A stretch of DNA of 64,000 nt, from contig JAGLPV010000001.1 of NCBI GenBank assembly GCA_023137195.1, positions 106,242-170,241 on the forward strand, in the 5' to 3' direction. Under the pieces are notes generated by a model. It ran no database searches. It was not told where the DNA came from and saw only the letters and a list, made by a program, of their open reading frames with translations. The DNA is from Candidatus Aenigmatarchaeota archaeon. GTDB lineage: Archaea; EX4484-52. The translations under genes and the position numbers were made by a program. This document shows, piece by piece, positions 51,050 through 61,028 of the stretch; within the stretch, counting starts at the first letter, position 1; every line of letters begins with the position of its first letter.

Positions 51050-51637
51050 TCAAAAAAGAGTATGTTCTCTTCTTTCAATTCCCATCAACAAAATTCCAGT
51101 AGCAATCAATAATCTTCTGTCTATCTGTGGTTCTTGAGATATTCTCATTATATATTCAAGTATAAACTTGAATTGTTGTTCTATCTCTGCAATTTGCCTG
51201 TTGTTGCTCTTTATAATGTAGTTTTGTGGAACTAAATTGGTAAACCTGCTTAAAATAGCACCTCGTGTGCTTTTTTCTGTCAATATACCTATTTCATGTC
51301 CGCTATTTGAAAGAAAAGTCCATTCATCTTTGAAAATAGATTTTATTCCTTTTCTTCTTATTGCACCAACTGGTTCGCCAGTGGTTGCATCTTTTACATT
51401 GTAGGTTGCACCTATATCAAAAATCTGAGGGGTTTTGATTATCAAAAGCTCCTGTCTCTGGCTTTCATCTGAATATACTCTAAAATCCTCTTTCAACTTA
51501 AATGCTTTTTGTTTAGAGAAAAAAACAAGGTTTCCTATTTCATCATAAACGCGAAACTCTCCTCCAAACAATTTGAAAAATTTTCTTCTAAATAAATATT
51601 TATTGTGGGTAAATGCTGAGTTGAGTTCTGTTACCAT
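51050..51637 (-). CDS. LURP-one-related/scramblase-like (Tubby C-terminal-like fold, DUF567-type) protein
   Basis: 195 aa. YLFRRKFFKLFGGEFRVYDEIGNLVFFSKQKAFKLKEDFRVYSDES...LLIIK fits the LOR-family pattern. This is a weak call made by eye. Confidence 0.4.
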   Translation of the reverse strand: MVTELNSAFTHNKYLFRRKFFKLFGGEFRVYDEIGNLVFFSKQKAFKLKEDFRVYSDESQRQELLIIKTPQIFDIGATYNVKDATTGEPVGAIRRKGIKSIFKDEWTFLSNSGHEIGILTEKSTRGAILSRFTNLVPQNYIIKSNNRQIAEIEQQFKFILEYIMRISQEPQIDRRLLIATGILLMGIERREHTLF

Positions 51638-51732
51638 TATATTCTATAAAGAACAGGTTTATATATATTAGATATGTTGTGATATAATACCTTATGCACA
51701 CATAATCCTCTCACTCCCCTCAGAACAATCAA

Positions 51733-51843
51733 TCATTTAAATCCCAAATGGTAATTCCATAACCCGCGTGCAATCATCATAACAGTATCATTGAATTTGT
51801 CCTTTTTATTGCGAAAAACATCCGTCGTTATTCTTAACTGTTT
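51733..51843 (-). pseudogene. Possible C-terminal remnant of an IS5-like (DDE) transposase
   Basis: The minus-strand frame reads ...KIKQLRITTDVFRNKKDKFNDTVMMIARGLWNYHLGFK then stop. It resembles the IS5-family C-terminal consensus lK.fRRIaTRYeK....F.a.v.lAc.liWl. In-frame stops lie just upstream, so only ~45 codons survive. Confidence 0.3.
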
Positions 51844-51910
51844 AATTTTTGTTTTTCTAAAAAAGATTATCAACAAGATGTATTTTTAAACGATTCCTCA
51901 AATAATTCTT

Positions 51911-53107
51911 ATGAATAAACCACAACTACTCCTCCCAGCAAAGTCCTTTCCGTCCCTAAAATGCGCCCTGAAATATGCAGACTGTATTTACTTCGGAACA
52001 ACAGACATCACAATGCGAAAGCGGACAGGATTCAAAAGAGGAGAGATAAAAAAAGTCGTAGAAATGTGCCATGAAAAAGGTAAAAAAGCATATCTGACTC
52101 TAAACACAGTAGTCTACAACAACGACATAAAAAAAGTCGAGAAAATAATCGACATCGCAAAAGAGGCAAAAGTTGATGCATTAATTGTCTGGGATCCCGC
52201 GGCAATAGAGATTGCAAAAAACAAAAACATGGAAATCCATATTTCCACACAGGCAAATATTTCAAACTACCAATCATGTAATTTCTACCAAAAACTGGGC
52301 GCAAAAAGAGTTGTATTATCAAGAGAATTAAGCTTAAAGGAGATAAAAAAAATAAAAAAAAATACATCTGTTGAAATTGAGGCGTTTGTTCACGGCGCAA
52401 TGTGCATATCGATTTCAGGTAGGTGCCATTTGTCCACTTACCTGACGGGAAAAAGCGCAAACTGTGGCGAGTGCGTTCAGCCATGCAGGAGAGAATATTT
52501 CCTGACCAATGAAAAAGGAGAGAAAATACAATGCGACGGGAAATATCTATTGAGCGCAAAAGACCTGTGTATGATAGAGTATGTGCCTGAATTAATCAAG
52601 GCAGGAATTGATGCCTTTAAAGTAGAGGGACGATTGAGAGATGCAAGATATGTGTCTGTTGTAGGGAGATGCTATCGCGAAGCAATTGATTCTTATTTTG
52701 ACAAAACATTCACAAAGCAAAAGGCAAAAGAATGGAAAAAGCAACTCGAAGAGGTCTACAACCGTGGGTTTTCCACAGGGTTTTATTTTGGTTTCCCGGG
52801 AAAAGAAGATTTAACCCTGCATAAAGCAGACAATGTATCAAAGAAGAAAAGAACATTCTGCGGTTATGTATCCAACTATTTTAAGAAAGCAAAGGCAATG
52901 GAAGTTCGTCTTACAGATAACCCTTTGAAAGTTGGAGATGAAATGATTGTCGAGGGCAATACGACCTACATCGAGGGGAAAATAGAGTCAATTACACTGG
53001 AAGAAAAATTTGTGGATAAAGGAGAAAAGACACAGATTGTCGGGATAGGAGTAAATGAAAAGGCAAGGAAAAACGATAAAGTATATATTATCAAATATGC
53101 CAAATAA
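51911..53107 (+). CDS. Peptidase U32 family protein
   Basis: 398 aa. PQLLLPAKSFPSLKCALKYADCIYFG, GKKAYLTLN, and the Cys-rich segment CISISGRCHLSTYLTGKSANCGECVQPCRREY typical of U32 proteins. Confidence 0.8.
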   Translation: MNKPQLLLPAKSFPSLKCALKYADCIYFGTTDITMRKRTGFKRGEIKKVVEMCHEKGKKAYLTLNTVVYNNDIKKVEKIIDIAKEAKVDALIVWDPAAIEIAKNKNMEIHISTQANISNYQSCNFYQKLGAKRVVLSRELSLKEIKKIKKNTSVEIEAFVHGAMCISISGRCHLSTYLTGKSANCGECVQPCRREYFLTNEKGEKIQCDGKYLLSAKDLCMIEYVPELIKAGIDAFKVEGRLRDARYVSVVGRCYREAIDSYFDKTFTKQKAKEWKKQLEEVYNRGFSTGFYFGFPGKEDLTLHKADNVSKKKRTFCGYVSNYFKKAKAMEVRLTDNPLKVGDEMIVEGNTTYIEGKIESITLEEKFVDKGEKTQIVGIGVNEKARKNDKVYIIKYAK

Positions 53108-53110
53108 TTT

Positions 53111-53764
53111 ATGAACAAAAAAGAGGATTTAATCAAGTACTGGATTGATGAAAACATAGTTTCTGATAAAAGAATAATTGATGCATTTCAAAAAATAAAC
53201 CGGGAAAATTTCGTGCCTGAAGAATATAAAAATCTGGCATATAATGATTATCCCTTGTCGATAGGGGAAGAGCAGACCATTTCTCAGCCGACCACTGTTG
53301 CAATAATGACCTCTCTTCTTGAACCAAAAGAAGACCAGAAAATACTTGAAATAGGGACAGGTTCCGGGTATCAGGTGGCAATTCTTGGCAAAATTGTCGG
53401 CAAAGGAGGAAAAATAACCAGCGTTGAGATTATACCAAAACTTGCAGAATTCGCAAAAAAGAATCTCAAAAAAGAAAACATAACAAATGTTGAAATAATC
53501 AATGCCGACGGTTCGTCCGGATACAAAAAAGGAGCTCCTTACGACAGAATCTTAGTAACTGCCGGAACTCCAAAAATTACAGAAACATTGATATCCCAGC
53601 TAAATGACAATGGCATAATTGTAGCTCCCGTGGGTTTTGATATTTATTCTCTTACCATGACAAAGATAATAAAAAAAGGAAAAAAACGGGTAAAAGAAGA
53701 GCATGGAATTTTCTCTTTTGTGCCTCTAATTGGGAAAGAGGGGTTTGATTCCAGATGGAAATGA
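53111..53764 (+). CDS. pcm: Protein-L-isoaspartate O-methyltransferase
   Basis: 217 aa. QTISQPTTVAIMTSLLEPKEDQKILEIGTGSGYQVAIL and YDRILVTAG, the canonical PIMT motifs. Confidence 0.9.
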   Translation: MNKKEDLIKYWIDENIVSDKRIIDAFQKINRENFVPEEYKNLAYNDYPLSIGEEQTISQPTTVAIMTSLLEPKEDQKILEIGTGSGYQVAILGKIVGKGGKITSVEIIPKLAEFAKKNLKKENITNVEIINADGSSGYKKGAPYDRILVTAGTPKITETLISQLNDNGIIVAPVGFDIYSLTMTKIIKKGKKRVKEEHGIFSFVPLIGKEGFDSRWK

Positions 53765-53909
53765 AAACTAAACAATAAACAAGCGAAATGTTTATAATAT
53801 TGTGCCTGATTTTACACCTGTTACAGGAAATAAATAATAATTATTTTAGTACAAATATATGAAATAAGGAGGAAGAAAGAGCACGACTTTTTCTTAAAAC
53901 GACGATAAT

Positions 53910-55133
53910 ATGAACGAATTTAAAAAATTGGGCATTATAGAGCCCTTGTTAAAAGTAATAGAAGAGGAACATTTTAAAGAGCCTACAGAAATACAGGCAA
54001 AATCAATACCTGTAGTAATAGAGGGAAAAGACGTTTTGGCTGGATCTGCAACAGGTTCAGGAAAGACGCTTGCATTTGCATCAGGCATTTTGCAGTCCAT
54101 AGAAAAAAGAAAGGGAATACAGGCGATAATTTTGACGCCGACAAGAGAGTTGGCAGAGCAGGTAGGAAATTCTTTTAAGAAATTTGCAAAATATGTCCCT
54201 GTTAAGACAGTGATTGTTTATGGTGGGGTTTCCATCGGTCCGCAAATTGAAAAGATAAAAAGCGCGGATATTGTTGTAGGAACTCCAGGGAGAGTGTTGG
54301 ATCATCTTAGCAGAAACACTCTTCGATTGGATAAGGTAAAAACCCTTGTCCTTGATGAAGCAGACAGGATGCTTGACATGGGATTCAGGGATGATGTTGA
54401 AAAAATAATGAAGCAATGCCCAAAATTCAAGCAGACGCTGTTGTTTTCGGCAACAATTACACGGGAATTATCCGAACTTTCTAAAAAGTACATGAAAAAT
54501 CCTGTTAAGGTTTCTGCTGAATCATATGTTGATGCAAAAAAGCTGAAGCAGATATATTATGATGTCCAGGACAACATGAAATTTTCTATGCTGGTTCATT
54601 TGCTGAAGCACGAGCAGGCAGGACTTGCAATGGTATTTTGCAATACGCGAAAAAATGTGGATTTTGTCGCAGACAACCTGAAATCTTCAGGAGTGGATGC
54701 ACTTGCAATTCATGGTGGCTTTACACAGGACAAAAGAAGCAAGATAATGAAGCAGTTCGATTCGCAAAAGAGATTATATGTTCTTGTGTGCACCGATGTG
54801 GCAGCCCGTGGGCTTGATATCCAGGGGGTTTCGCATGTATACAATTATGATATTCCAAAAGACCCAAAAGAATACATTCATAGGATAGGAAGAACTGCAA
54901 GAGCAGGAAGCGAAGGAAAGGCAATAAATATTCTTGTGAACCGGGATTATAATAATTTCAGGAAAGTTATGAGAGAAAACGATGTTGATGTAGAAAAGGA
55001 AAAAACACCGTTTGTTGAAAGAGTGAAAATAAAACCGGCAAAACCTTCAAATGACTTTAGAAAGAAAAAAAGTGGTGGTTTTGGTGGTGGCAAGAGCAAA
55101 TATGGAGGAGGAAAAAGGAATTATCACAGATGA
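53910..55133 (+). CDS. DEAD-box ATP-dependent RNA helicase
   Basis: Q-motif region FKEPTEIQ, AGSATGSGKT, PTRELA, TPGR, DEAD, SAT, HRIGRTARAG, and a Gly/Lys-rich tail. Confidence 0.95.
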   Translation: MNEFKKLGIIEPLLKVIEEEHFKEPTEIQAKSIPVVIEGKDVLAGSATGSGKTLAFASGILQSIEKRKGIQAIILTPTRELAEQVGNSFKKFAKYVPVKTVIVYGGVSIGPQIEKIKSADIVVGTPGRVLDHLSRNTLRLDKVKTLVLDEADRMLDMGFRDDVEKIMKQCPKFKQTLLFSATITRELSELSKKYMKNPVKVSAESYVDAKKLKQIYYDVQDNMKFSMLVHLLKHEQAGLAMVFCNTRKNVDFVADNLKSSGVDALAIHGGFTQDKRSKIMKQFDSQKRLYVLVCTDVAARGLDIQGVSHVYNYDIPKDPKEYIHRIGRTARAGSEGKAINILVNRDYNNFRKVMRENDVDVEKEKTPFVERVKIKPAKPSNDFRKKKSGGFGGGKSKYGGGKRNYHR

Positions 55134-55173
55134 TTTCATTTAGATTTAAAATAATTTGCTTTCAATATATAAT

Positions 55174-55761
55174 ATGAAAACAATAGTTGTACTTTTGATA
55201 CTCTTGATTTTGACAGCAGGATGCACTTCTGCTAATGTTCAGGATGATGAGAATACTTCAAATGATGTAAAAAATGATGATATTATTATGGAAAACAGGA
55301 TTGCAGTAATACAGACAAATCACGGAACAATGGAATTAGAATTGTTTGAAAAGAAAGCGCCAATAACAACAAAAAATTTCATTGATTTGGTGAACAAGGG
55401 ATTTTATGATAACCTTATATTTCACAGGGTTATAAAAGATTTTATGATACAGGGCGGATGTCCTGATGGAACAGGAATGGGCGGTCCAGGATATGCAATA
55501 AAAGATGAGTTTCACCCTGAACTTAGGCACAGTAGTATAGGGATGTTGTCGATGGCTAATTCAGGACCCAATACAGGAGGAAGCCAGTTTTTTATCACAC
55601 TAATTCCTACTCCACATCTGGACAATCACCATACAGTTTTTGGAAAAATAATTAAAGGAGAAGATGTCCTGAAAGAAATTGGTAGTGTTCAGACAGGCGC
55701 AGAAGACAGACCGGTTGATCCTGTGACTATTGAAAAAATAACAATAAAAAACGCAGATTAA
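55174..55761 (+). CDS. Cyclophilin-type peptidyl-prolyl cis-trans isomerase, lipoprotein
   Basis: [17 protein letters not shown] lipobox. [31 protein letters not shown], and HTVFGK. ATG at 55174 preferred over the track's TTG at 55156. Confidence 0.9.
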   Translation: MKTIVVLLILLILTAGCTSANVQDDENTSNDVKNDDIIMENRIAVIQTNHGTMELELFEKKAPITTKNFIDLVNKGFYDNLIFHRVIKDFMIQGGCPDGTGMGGPGYAIKDEFHPELRHSSIGMLSMANSGPNTGGSQFFITLIPTPHLDNHHTVFGKIIKGEDVLKEIGSVQTGAEDRPVDPVTIEKITIKNAD

Positions 55762-55796
55762 TTTTTTGTTGCATTTTTTCGCTTGATTATATACTC

Positions 55797-55829
55797 AAAC
55801 ACAACTGTTTTTTCGAATCAGTTGTGTTT
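55797..55829 (+). terminator. Perfect 11-bp hairpin downstream of the cyclophilin gene
   Basis: AAACACAACTG (55797-55807), loop TTTTTTCGAAT, CAGTTGTGTTT (55819-55829), followed by T. It starts 36 nt after the stop. Confidence 0.4.
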
Positions 55830-55967
55830 TCCCAGTATTCACCCACATAAATTTATGGTTGAATATATCAAAATAAGAGTCATTGGATTACATCACTTGT
55901 TTTTGGGTTCTCGTGTTCTTTTATCAGAATAGAAAGGTTTTTAAAAAAATACTATTTCTGATACTCG

Positions 55968-57128
55968 GTGACAAATATAAGTGAAGCATTTATCGCAGAG
56001 ACCCTGATGCAGTTGGTCGTTATACTTGCATCTGCCAAGATAATGGGTCTGGTCTTTGAAAAGGTAGGACACCCGAAGGTTCTGGGGGAATTAGTGACAG
56101 GACTCATTATAGGACCAAGTGTTCTGGGGTTTGTTGATGTTCACAATGAGATAATACTTTTTATTGCTGAATTAGGCGTTATTGTACTTTTATTTGAAGT
56201 TGGTGTCGAGACAAAAGTCAGGGAACTGATGAATAGCGGGAGGAGTTCAATATTGGTTGCATTACTGGGCATATTTGTTCCATTGCTATTCGGGATGTTG
56301 TATATTCTTGCTTTTACAGGATACGGGATTATCGTGGCATTTTTCATTGGGGCTACACTGACAGCGACGAGCGTGGGCTTGACCATCAGTGTGCTGAGCG
56401 AGATTAAAAAAACGAAATCCAAGGAAGGCAAAATAATTCTTGGCGCCGCGGTCATTGATGATGTTATCGGTCTTCTACTTCTTTCCGTGCTTGCAGATAT
56501 TGTATCGACAGGTCAAATAATACCTCTAAATATTGTGAAAACTTTTTTGATGTCAGCAGCATTTCTTGGTCTGCTGGTTCTTGCAGGGAAGGTATTTGAA
56601 AAGAGAATCCTTTCTTTTGTAAATAAAATAAGGGTTGAGAGAACATTCATTGTGACTGCCTTTGTATTTGCTCTTCTGATGTCTTATATTTCTCTTTCAA
56701 TAGGGCTTGCAACTATTATCGGGGCTTTTGCTGCAGGTCTTATCCTGGAGAGAAAAGAGCATATGAAACTTATACACCACAGGGTTCATGTATTGACACA
56801 ACTTTTTTCGCCGGTTTTTTTTGTTATGGCAGGGGCAGTGGTGGATGTGCGTTCGCTTTTAAATATTGAGATTTTACCACTTGTGATTGTGCTTACGATG
56901 ATTGCTTTTTCAGGAAAGATGATATCCGGGCTGGGTGCATATAGAGATAAAGTATCTAAGACAGCAGTGGGTCTTGGCATGTTGCCAAGAGGAGAAGTTG
57001 GTCTTATATTTGCTAATTTTGGGTTGATAAGTAATATTGTAACCCAGGAGGTTTATTCCTCTTTGATTGCAGTAATTATGATAACAACGTTTATTGCTCC
57101 TCCTCTTTTGAAGAGAGCCATGAAATGA
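55968..57128 (+). CDS. Cation:proton antiporter (CPA2/Kef-type Na+/H+ exchanger family)
   Basis: 386 aa, about 11 TM. KVLGELVTGLIIGPSVLG, FEVGVE, and ATLTATSVGLT patterns. GTG start at 55968; the ATG 13 codons downstream is an alternative. Confidence 0.8.
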   Translation: MTNISEAFIAETLMQLVVILASAKIMGLVFEKVGHPKVLGELVTGLIIGPSVLGFVDVHNEIILFIAELGVIVLLFEVGVETKVRELMNSGRSSILVALLGIFVPLLFGMLYILAFTGYGIIVAFFIGATLTATSVGLTISVLSEIKKTKSKEGKIILGAAVIDDVIGLLLLSVLADIVSTGQIIPLNIVKTFLMSAAFLGLLVLAGKVFEKRILSFVNKIRVERTFIVTAFVFALLMSYISLSIGLATIIGAFAAGLILERKEHMKLIHHRVHVLTQLFSPVFFVMAGAVVDVRSLLNIEILPLVIVLTMIAFSGKMISGLGAYRDKVSKTAVGLGMLPRGEVGLIFANFGLISNIVTQEVYSSLIAVIMITTFIAPPLLKRAMK

Positions 57129-57141
57129 TTTTTCGCAAAAA

Positions 57142-57912
57142 TTACATGTCTATAAGTTCGCCGGTTTTCGTCCTTCTTTTAGAGCCGAAATGAGGTAGTT
57201 TTTTGACAATGTCATAACTAAATACAGGACCGTCGACACAAACCCTGTAGCCGGAAAAAGAGCATTCTCCACACAGTCCGACTGCGCATTTCATGTATCG
57301 TTCAATGGAAACATAAGTTTGTTTCGGGATATTGATTTTTTCGGCAACTGCTTTTATCATCATCTCGGGACCGCATATTGCGTAATTGTATTTGTCTGAA
57401 AATTCTTCATCTGTATCTGTGATCATGCCTTTTTTCCCGAAAGAGCCGTCTTCTGTGAATATGGTTAATTCAATGTTATTTTTTTCTGCCAGTTTGATAA
57501 AGTCATCCAGGAAGAGGATGTCTGTTTTGCTTCTGCATCCAAGATAAACTGTTTTTATTGTTGCTTTGTTTTTTTTGATAAAGAATTTTAACGGGGCGAT
57601 TCCGCATCCTCCACCGAAAACATAATATGGTTTGTCAAGGGCTTTGTATCCTTTTCCATATGGACCCCTGAGCCATATTTTGTCGCCTTCTTTTAGTTCA
57701 AATGCTTTTTTTGTGAAAGGACCTATTTTTTTTATTGTGATTTCATTCTGGGCGCTGAAAGAGATTGGCTTTTCATCAATTCCAGGGAGCCATACCATTG
57801 CAAACTGTCCGGGGTATGCCTCATCAAAAGAGTGGTCTAAAACAAAGGTTTTGTTGAATTCATTGTGTGTTATTATCTCTTTTATTTTTGTGCATTTGTA
57901 TTTGTCATCCAT
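57142..57912 (-). CDS. pyrK: Dihydroorotate dehydrogenase electron-transfer subunit
   Basis: 256 aa. FAD/NAD-binding fold (GQFAMVWLPGIDEKPIS, GGGCGIAPL) and the C-terminal 2Fe-2S cluster motif MKCAVGLCGECS...CVDGPVF. Overlaps pyrD by 8 nt. Confidence 0.85.
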   Translation of the reverse strand: MDDKYKCTKIKEIITHNEFNKTFVLDHSFDEAYPGQFAMVWLPGIDEKPISFSAQNEITIKKIGPFTKKAFELKEGDKIWLRGPYGKGYKALDKPYYVFGGGCGIAPLKFFIKKNKATIKTVYLGCRSKTDILFLDDFIKLAEKNNIELTIFTEDGSFGKKGMITDTDEEFSDKYNYAICGPEMMIKAVAEKINIPKQTYVSIERYMKCAVGLCGECSFSGYRVCVDGPVFSYDIVKKLPHFGSKRRTKTGELIDM

Positions 57913-58810
57913 CTAAACACCCCACTAGTTTGTCAAAACTTGTATTTTCTTCTTTTAGGTAGTTTTCTACACTTGTCCACATTTTATTTATATATTCTGT
58001 TATTTGCTCTGTGTCTTTGTGCATCAGAGCTGTTCCTACTCCAAAAATTGATGCTCCGGCAATTGCGTATTCTACAATGTCCTGCCATTTTGAAATTCCG
58101 CCGTAGGCAATGATTTTTACGTCTTTTTTTGATGCAATTTTATAGATGTCATTTACCATCTTCATTGTTTTTGGTTTTATTGCATCTCCGCTCATGCCCC
58201 CTGCAAAACCTGCAAGGATTGGTTTTTTTGAATAGATGTCTATTGCAAGTCCGGGACCTAATGTATTGCCACAGGCGACGTAGTCAACATGGTCAATTAT
58301 GGATTTTGTAATTGTGATGTAGTCCTCGTTAGGGGATAATTTTGCAATTATTGGTTTTTGGGTTGTGTTTCTTAAAGGGGTAATTATATCTTTTATTTTC
58401 TCTGTCATGGACTCCATCAGGCTTTTTTCTCCGACTTCCTTGTTTGGACAGCTTACATTTATTTCCCATGCTTCGACATATTTGTCGACTTTTTTTATTA
58501 TATTTTGATAATCTTCCGGCTTTGTTCCCCATACAGAGCCGATTATTGGTTTTTTTAATTTTGTGTTTTCAAACTCGTTTATCCAGGATTGTATTGAATG
58601 GGTGGGGAGGGCGAAGGCATTTAGCATGACATTTCCGTCATTGTAAATGGTTGGGTTTGGGTTGCCTTGTTTTTCAAAAGGACCGATTGATTTTGGAACC
58701 CATGCACCGAAATTTGCGCCTGTTTTTTCTAGTCTTTCGAATACGTCAAGGTAGGAGAGGATTCCGCAGGCATTTACTATTGGTGGGTTTAATGTTAAGT
58801 GTTTGTTCAT
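57905..58810 (-). CDS. pyrD: Dihydroorotate dehydrogenase catalytic subunit (class 1B)
   Basis: 301 aa. NPPIVNACG, EINVSCPN, IIAKLSPN, GGMSGDAIKP, and IAYGGI. Confidence 0.9.
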   Translation of the reverse strand: MNKHLTLNPPIVNACGILSYLDVFERLEKTGANFGAWVPKSIGPFEKQGNPNPTIYNDGNVMLNAFALPTHSIQSWINEFENTKLKKPIIGSVWGTKPEDYQNIIKKVDKYVEAWEINVSCPNKEVGEKSLMESMTEKIKDIITPLRNTTQKPIIAKLSPNEDYITITKSIIDHVDYVACGNTLGPGLAIDIYSKKPILAGFAGGMSGDAIKPKTMKMVNDIYKIASKKDVKIIAYGGISKWQDIVEYAIAGASIFGVGTALMHKDTEQITEYINKMWTSVENYLKEENTSFDKLVGCLDG

Positions 58811-58894
58811 AAAATGATTGAATAGTGAAATTTATAAAATAACATTCGGCAATAAAAATAGATTTAAAAAATAATTCAGCATCTATATATTTTA

Positions 58895-59614
58895 ATGGAA
58901 ACCTATAAACAAAATTTTGCAAAACTGCTTGCAGATACAGAAGCTTTATTTTTTGATGATAATCTGGTCTTGAAGGATGGAAGACCTACGCCGTATTTTG
59001 TGAATATGGGCAAATTCAAGAGCGGAAAACTAAACAATCAATTGTGTTCTTATTATGTGGAGATGCTTGTTGAAAAAGGCATTATCGACAATATAGATAT
59101 AGTTTTCGGACCTTCTTACAAGGGTAGTTCAATTGCCTGCGGGATGGTTAATGTCTTGTGGACAAAATACAATATTGATAAGCTATATGAATATGACCGG
59201 AAGGAGGCAAAAACCCATGGCGATGCTTCAGGCAAGAAAAAGATGTTTGTCAACAATACTTTTTTTGACAATTGCAGGGTTTATATTGTCGATGATGTTG
59301 CAACCTCAATGGCAACTAAAGTAGAATCAATAGAAAAAATTCAAAATGATGCAGAGGATAATAATATAAATATAATCGTTGCTGGCGTTGGGATTGGGAT
59401 AGATCGGGAACAGACAAATGTAGAAGGACAGAATGCGATTGCTAATTTTGTTGAAAAGACAAGCATTCCTGTGCATTCTGTGGCAGGGATAAATGAGGTT
59501 GTTCAATACCTGTATGAGGAGAAGATTCCTGTTTTGATTAAGGGAGAAAAACAGCCCATTGATGAAGAAGTAAAGAAGCGGTTTGATGATTACATTGAAA
59601 CGTATGGGGTTTAG
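58895..59614 (+). CDS. pyrE: Orotate phosphoribosyltransferase
   Basis: 239 aa. LVLKDGRPTPYFVNMGKF, GPSYKGSSIA, and the PRPP-binding loop VYIVDDVATSMATK. Followed 5 nt later by pyrF. Confidence 0.75.
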   Translation: METYKQNFAKLLADTEALFFDDNLVLKDGRPTPYFVNMGKFKSGKLNNQLCSYYVEMLVEKGIIDNIDIVFGPSYKGSSIACGMVNVLWTKYNIDKLYEYDRKEAKTHGDASGKKKMFVNNTFFDNCRVYIVDDVATSMATKVESIEKIQNDAEDNNINIIVAGVGIGIDREQTNVEGQNAIANFVEKTSIPVHSVAGINEVVQYLYEEKIPVLIKGEKQPIDEEVKKRFDDYIETYGV

Positions 59615-59619
59615 GGAAG

Positions 59620-60375
59620 ATGGAATTAAATCAAAAACAACAACAGGCACGCTCTAAATTGTGCCTTGCTTTAGACAACATAAAAACAATAAATGAATTA
59701 GAAGAAACAGTGAATGAATTAAGCCCTGCTGTTGGATTATTTAAGATTGGAAAAGAAACTTTTACTCGTCTTGGGTCGGAGGCTGTAAAATTGGTTCAAA
59801 GATGTGATGCAAATGTTTTTTTGGATTTAAAATATCATGATATTCCAAATACTGTTAAAGGTGCATCTTCTGCCGCAACTGAGATGGGCGTCTATATGTT
59901 TAATGTTCATTGTACGGGCGGTCTGGAGATGATGAAAGCGGCGGTTGCAGGGGCAAAAGAAGCGGCAGAGCGAAATAATATCAAAAAGCCAAAGATTATT
60001 GGCGTAACGCTTCTGACCAGTATAGATAATGTTATTTTGAATAAAGAACTGCTTGTCGGAAAAGAAGTAAATGAATATGTGCTTCATTTAGCGAAAATGG
60101 CGCAGGAAGCAGGGTTGGATGGAATAGTCTGCTCTGCTAATGATCTGGACTTTTTGAGAGCGCATTTTCCTGAAGAGTTTATGTTTGTAACTCCCGGAAT
60201 AAAGGGTGTTTCTACATCTGCCGGGGCTGACCAGAAAAGAGTATCTAGTCCATCTGGTGCAATAAATGCAGGCTCATCGATATTGGTTGTTGGGAGGGCA
60301 ATTACAAATGCTCCGGACAGGCTAAAGGCGGCATATGAAATAATAGAGGATATGGAAAAAGAGATTTTATCTTAA
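59620..60375 (+). CDS. pyrF: Orotidine 5'-phosphate decarboxylase
   Basis: 251 aa. LCLALD, FLDLKYHDIPNTV, GVTLLTS, and ILVVGRAI. Confidence 0.9.
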   Translation: MELNQKQQQARSKLCLALDNIKTINELEETVNELSPAVGLFKIGKETFTRLGSEAVKLVQRCDANVFLDLKYHDIPNTVKGASSAATEMGVYMFNVHCTGGLEMMKAAVAGAKEAAERNNIKKPKIIGVTLLTSIDNVILNKELLVGKEVNEYVLHLAKMAQEAGLDGIVCSANDLDFLRAHFPEEFMFVTPGIKGVSTSAGADQKRVSSPSGAINAGSSILVVGRAITNAPDRLKAAYEIIEDMEKEILS

Positions 60376-60415
60376 TGCCAAGGAGAATGTATTGTATTTT
60401 TCCTAACTCAATACT

Positions 60416-60799
60416 ATGGAAACAAAAAAATTCTTAAACAAAAAGAACATCATTGCGATTGTGGGTGCTTCTTCTAACCCGGAAAAATGGGGGTGGAAAA
60501 TATACAAATCTATAAAATCTTCCGGTTCCTGTGTTTATCCAATAAATCCAAAATATCCGGAAATAAACGGGGCTGTCTGCTATCCTGATTTAAAATCGTT
60601 GCCAAAAAACCCAGATATGGTCGTGACTGTTGTCCCGCCAAAAATTACAGAGATGGTTGTAGAGGAATGTAAACGCCTTAAAATAAATAAAGTCTGGATG
60701 CAGCCGGGCTCGGAATCAGGAAAAGCTATAGCTTTTTGTAAAAGTAATAATATTGAAGTAATTTACAATGCTTGTTTTATGGGATTGATGAGAAAATAG
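60416..60799 (+). CDS. CoA-binding domain protein (YccU/YneT-like)
   Basis: 127 aa. NIIAIVGASSNPEKWGWKIYKSI, VYPINPKYPEINGAVCYPDLKSLP, and DMVVTVVPPKIT. Confidence 0.8.
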   Translation: METKKFLNKKNIIAIVGASSNPEKWGWKIYKSIKSSGSCVYPINPKYPEINGAVCYPDLKSLPKNPDMVVTVVPPKITEMVVEECKRLKINKVWMQPGSESGKAIAFCKSNNIEVIYNACFMGLMRK

Positions 60800-60918
60800 T
60801 GATTAAGTAGATACTAAAAAATATATATTAAATTCACCATGCAATAATATTAAGATACTACATATTTGATTTTTTGGACAAAGTTTAAAATAATTGAGTT
60901 TTTCTTACTTCGTATGAT

Positions 60919-61028
60919 TATAGCAAAACATATAAATAATGCAAAAAATATAATATATTTAATAGCATTTATGTATTTTGCTAGTATATCGCGCCACATT
61001 ACCTGCATTCCTTTTGTGTCGCGATATA
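60919..61028 (+). repeat. Dispersed two-hairpin element, copy 5 (overlaps the 5' end of the HAD hydrolase ORF)
   Basis: TATAGCAAAACATATAAATAATGCAAAAAATATAATATATTTAATAGCATTTATGTATTTTGCTAGTATATCGCGCCACATTACCTGCATTCCTTTTGTGTCGCGATATA. Confidence 0.85.

Noticed and set aside
52032-52559. 175-aa minus-strand ORF inside the U32 peptidase gene, and similar antisense ORFs in pyrC (49459-49860), the helicase (54081-54416) and lig (31063-31515)
   Set aside because: Each is antisense to a gene with strong family motifs, and the translations are Arg/Leu/Ser/Cys-rich without motifs. These are typical shadow ORFs.
840-61028. Whether the five repeat copies could be a CRISPR array or its remnants
   Set aside because: The copies are ~100 nt or longer, tens of kb apart, not regularly spaced, in mixed orientation, and have no cas genes nearby. 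No short direct-repeat/spacer periodicity is visible anywhere in the window.
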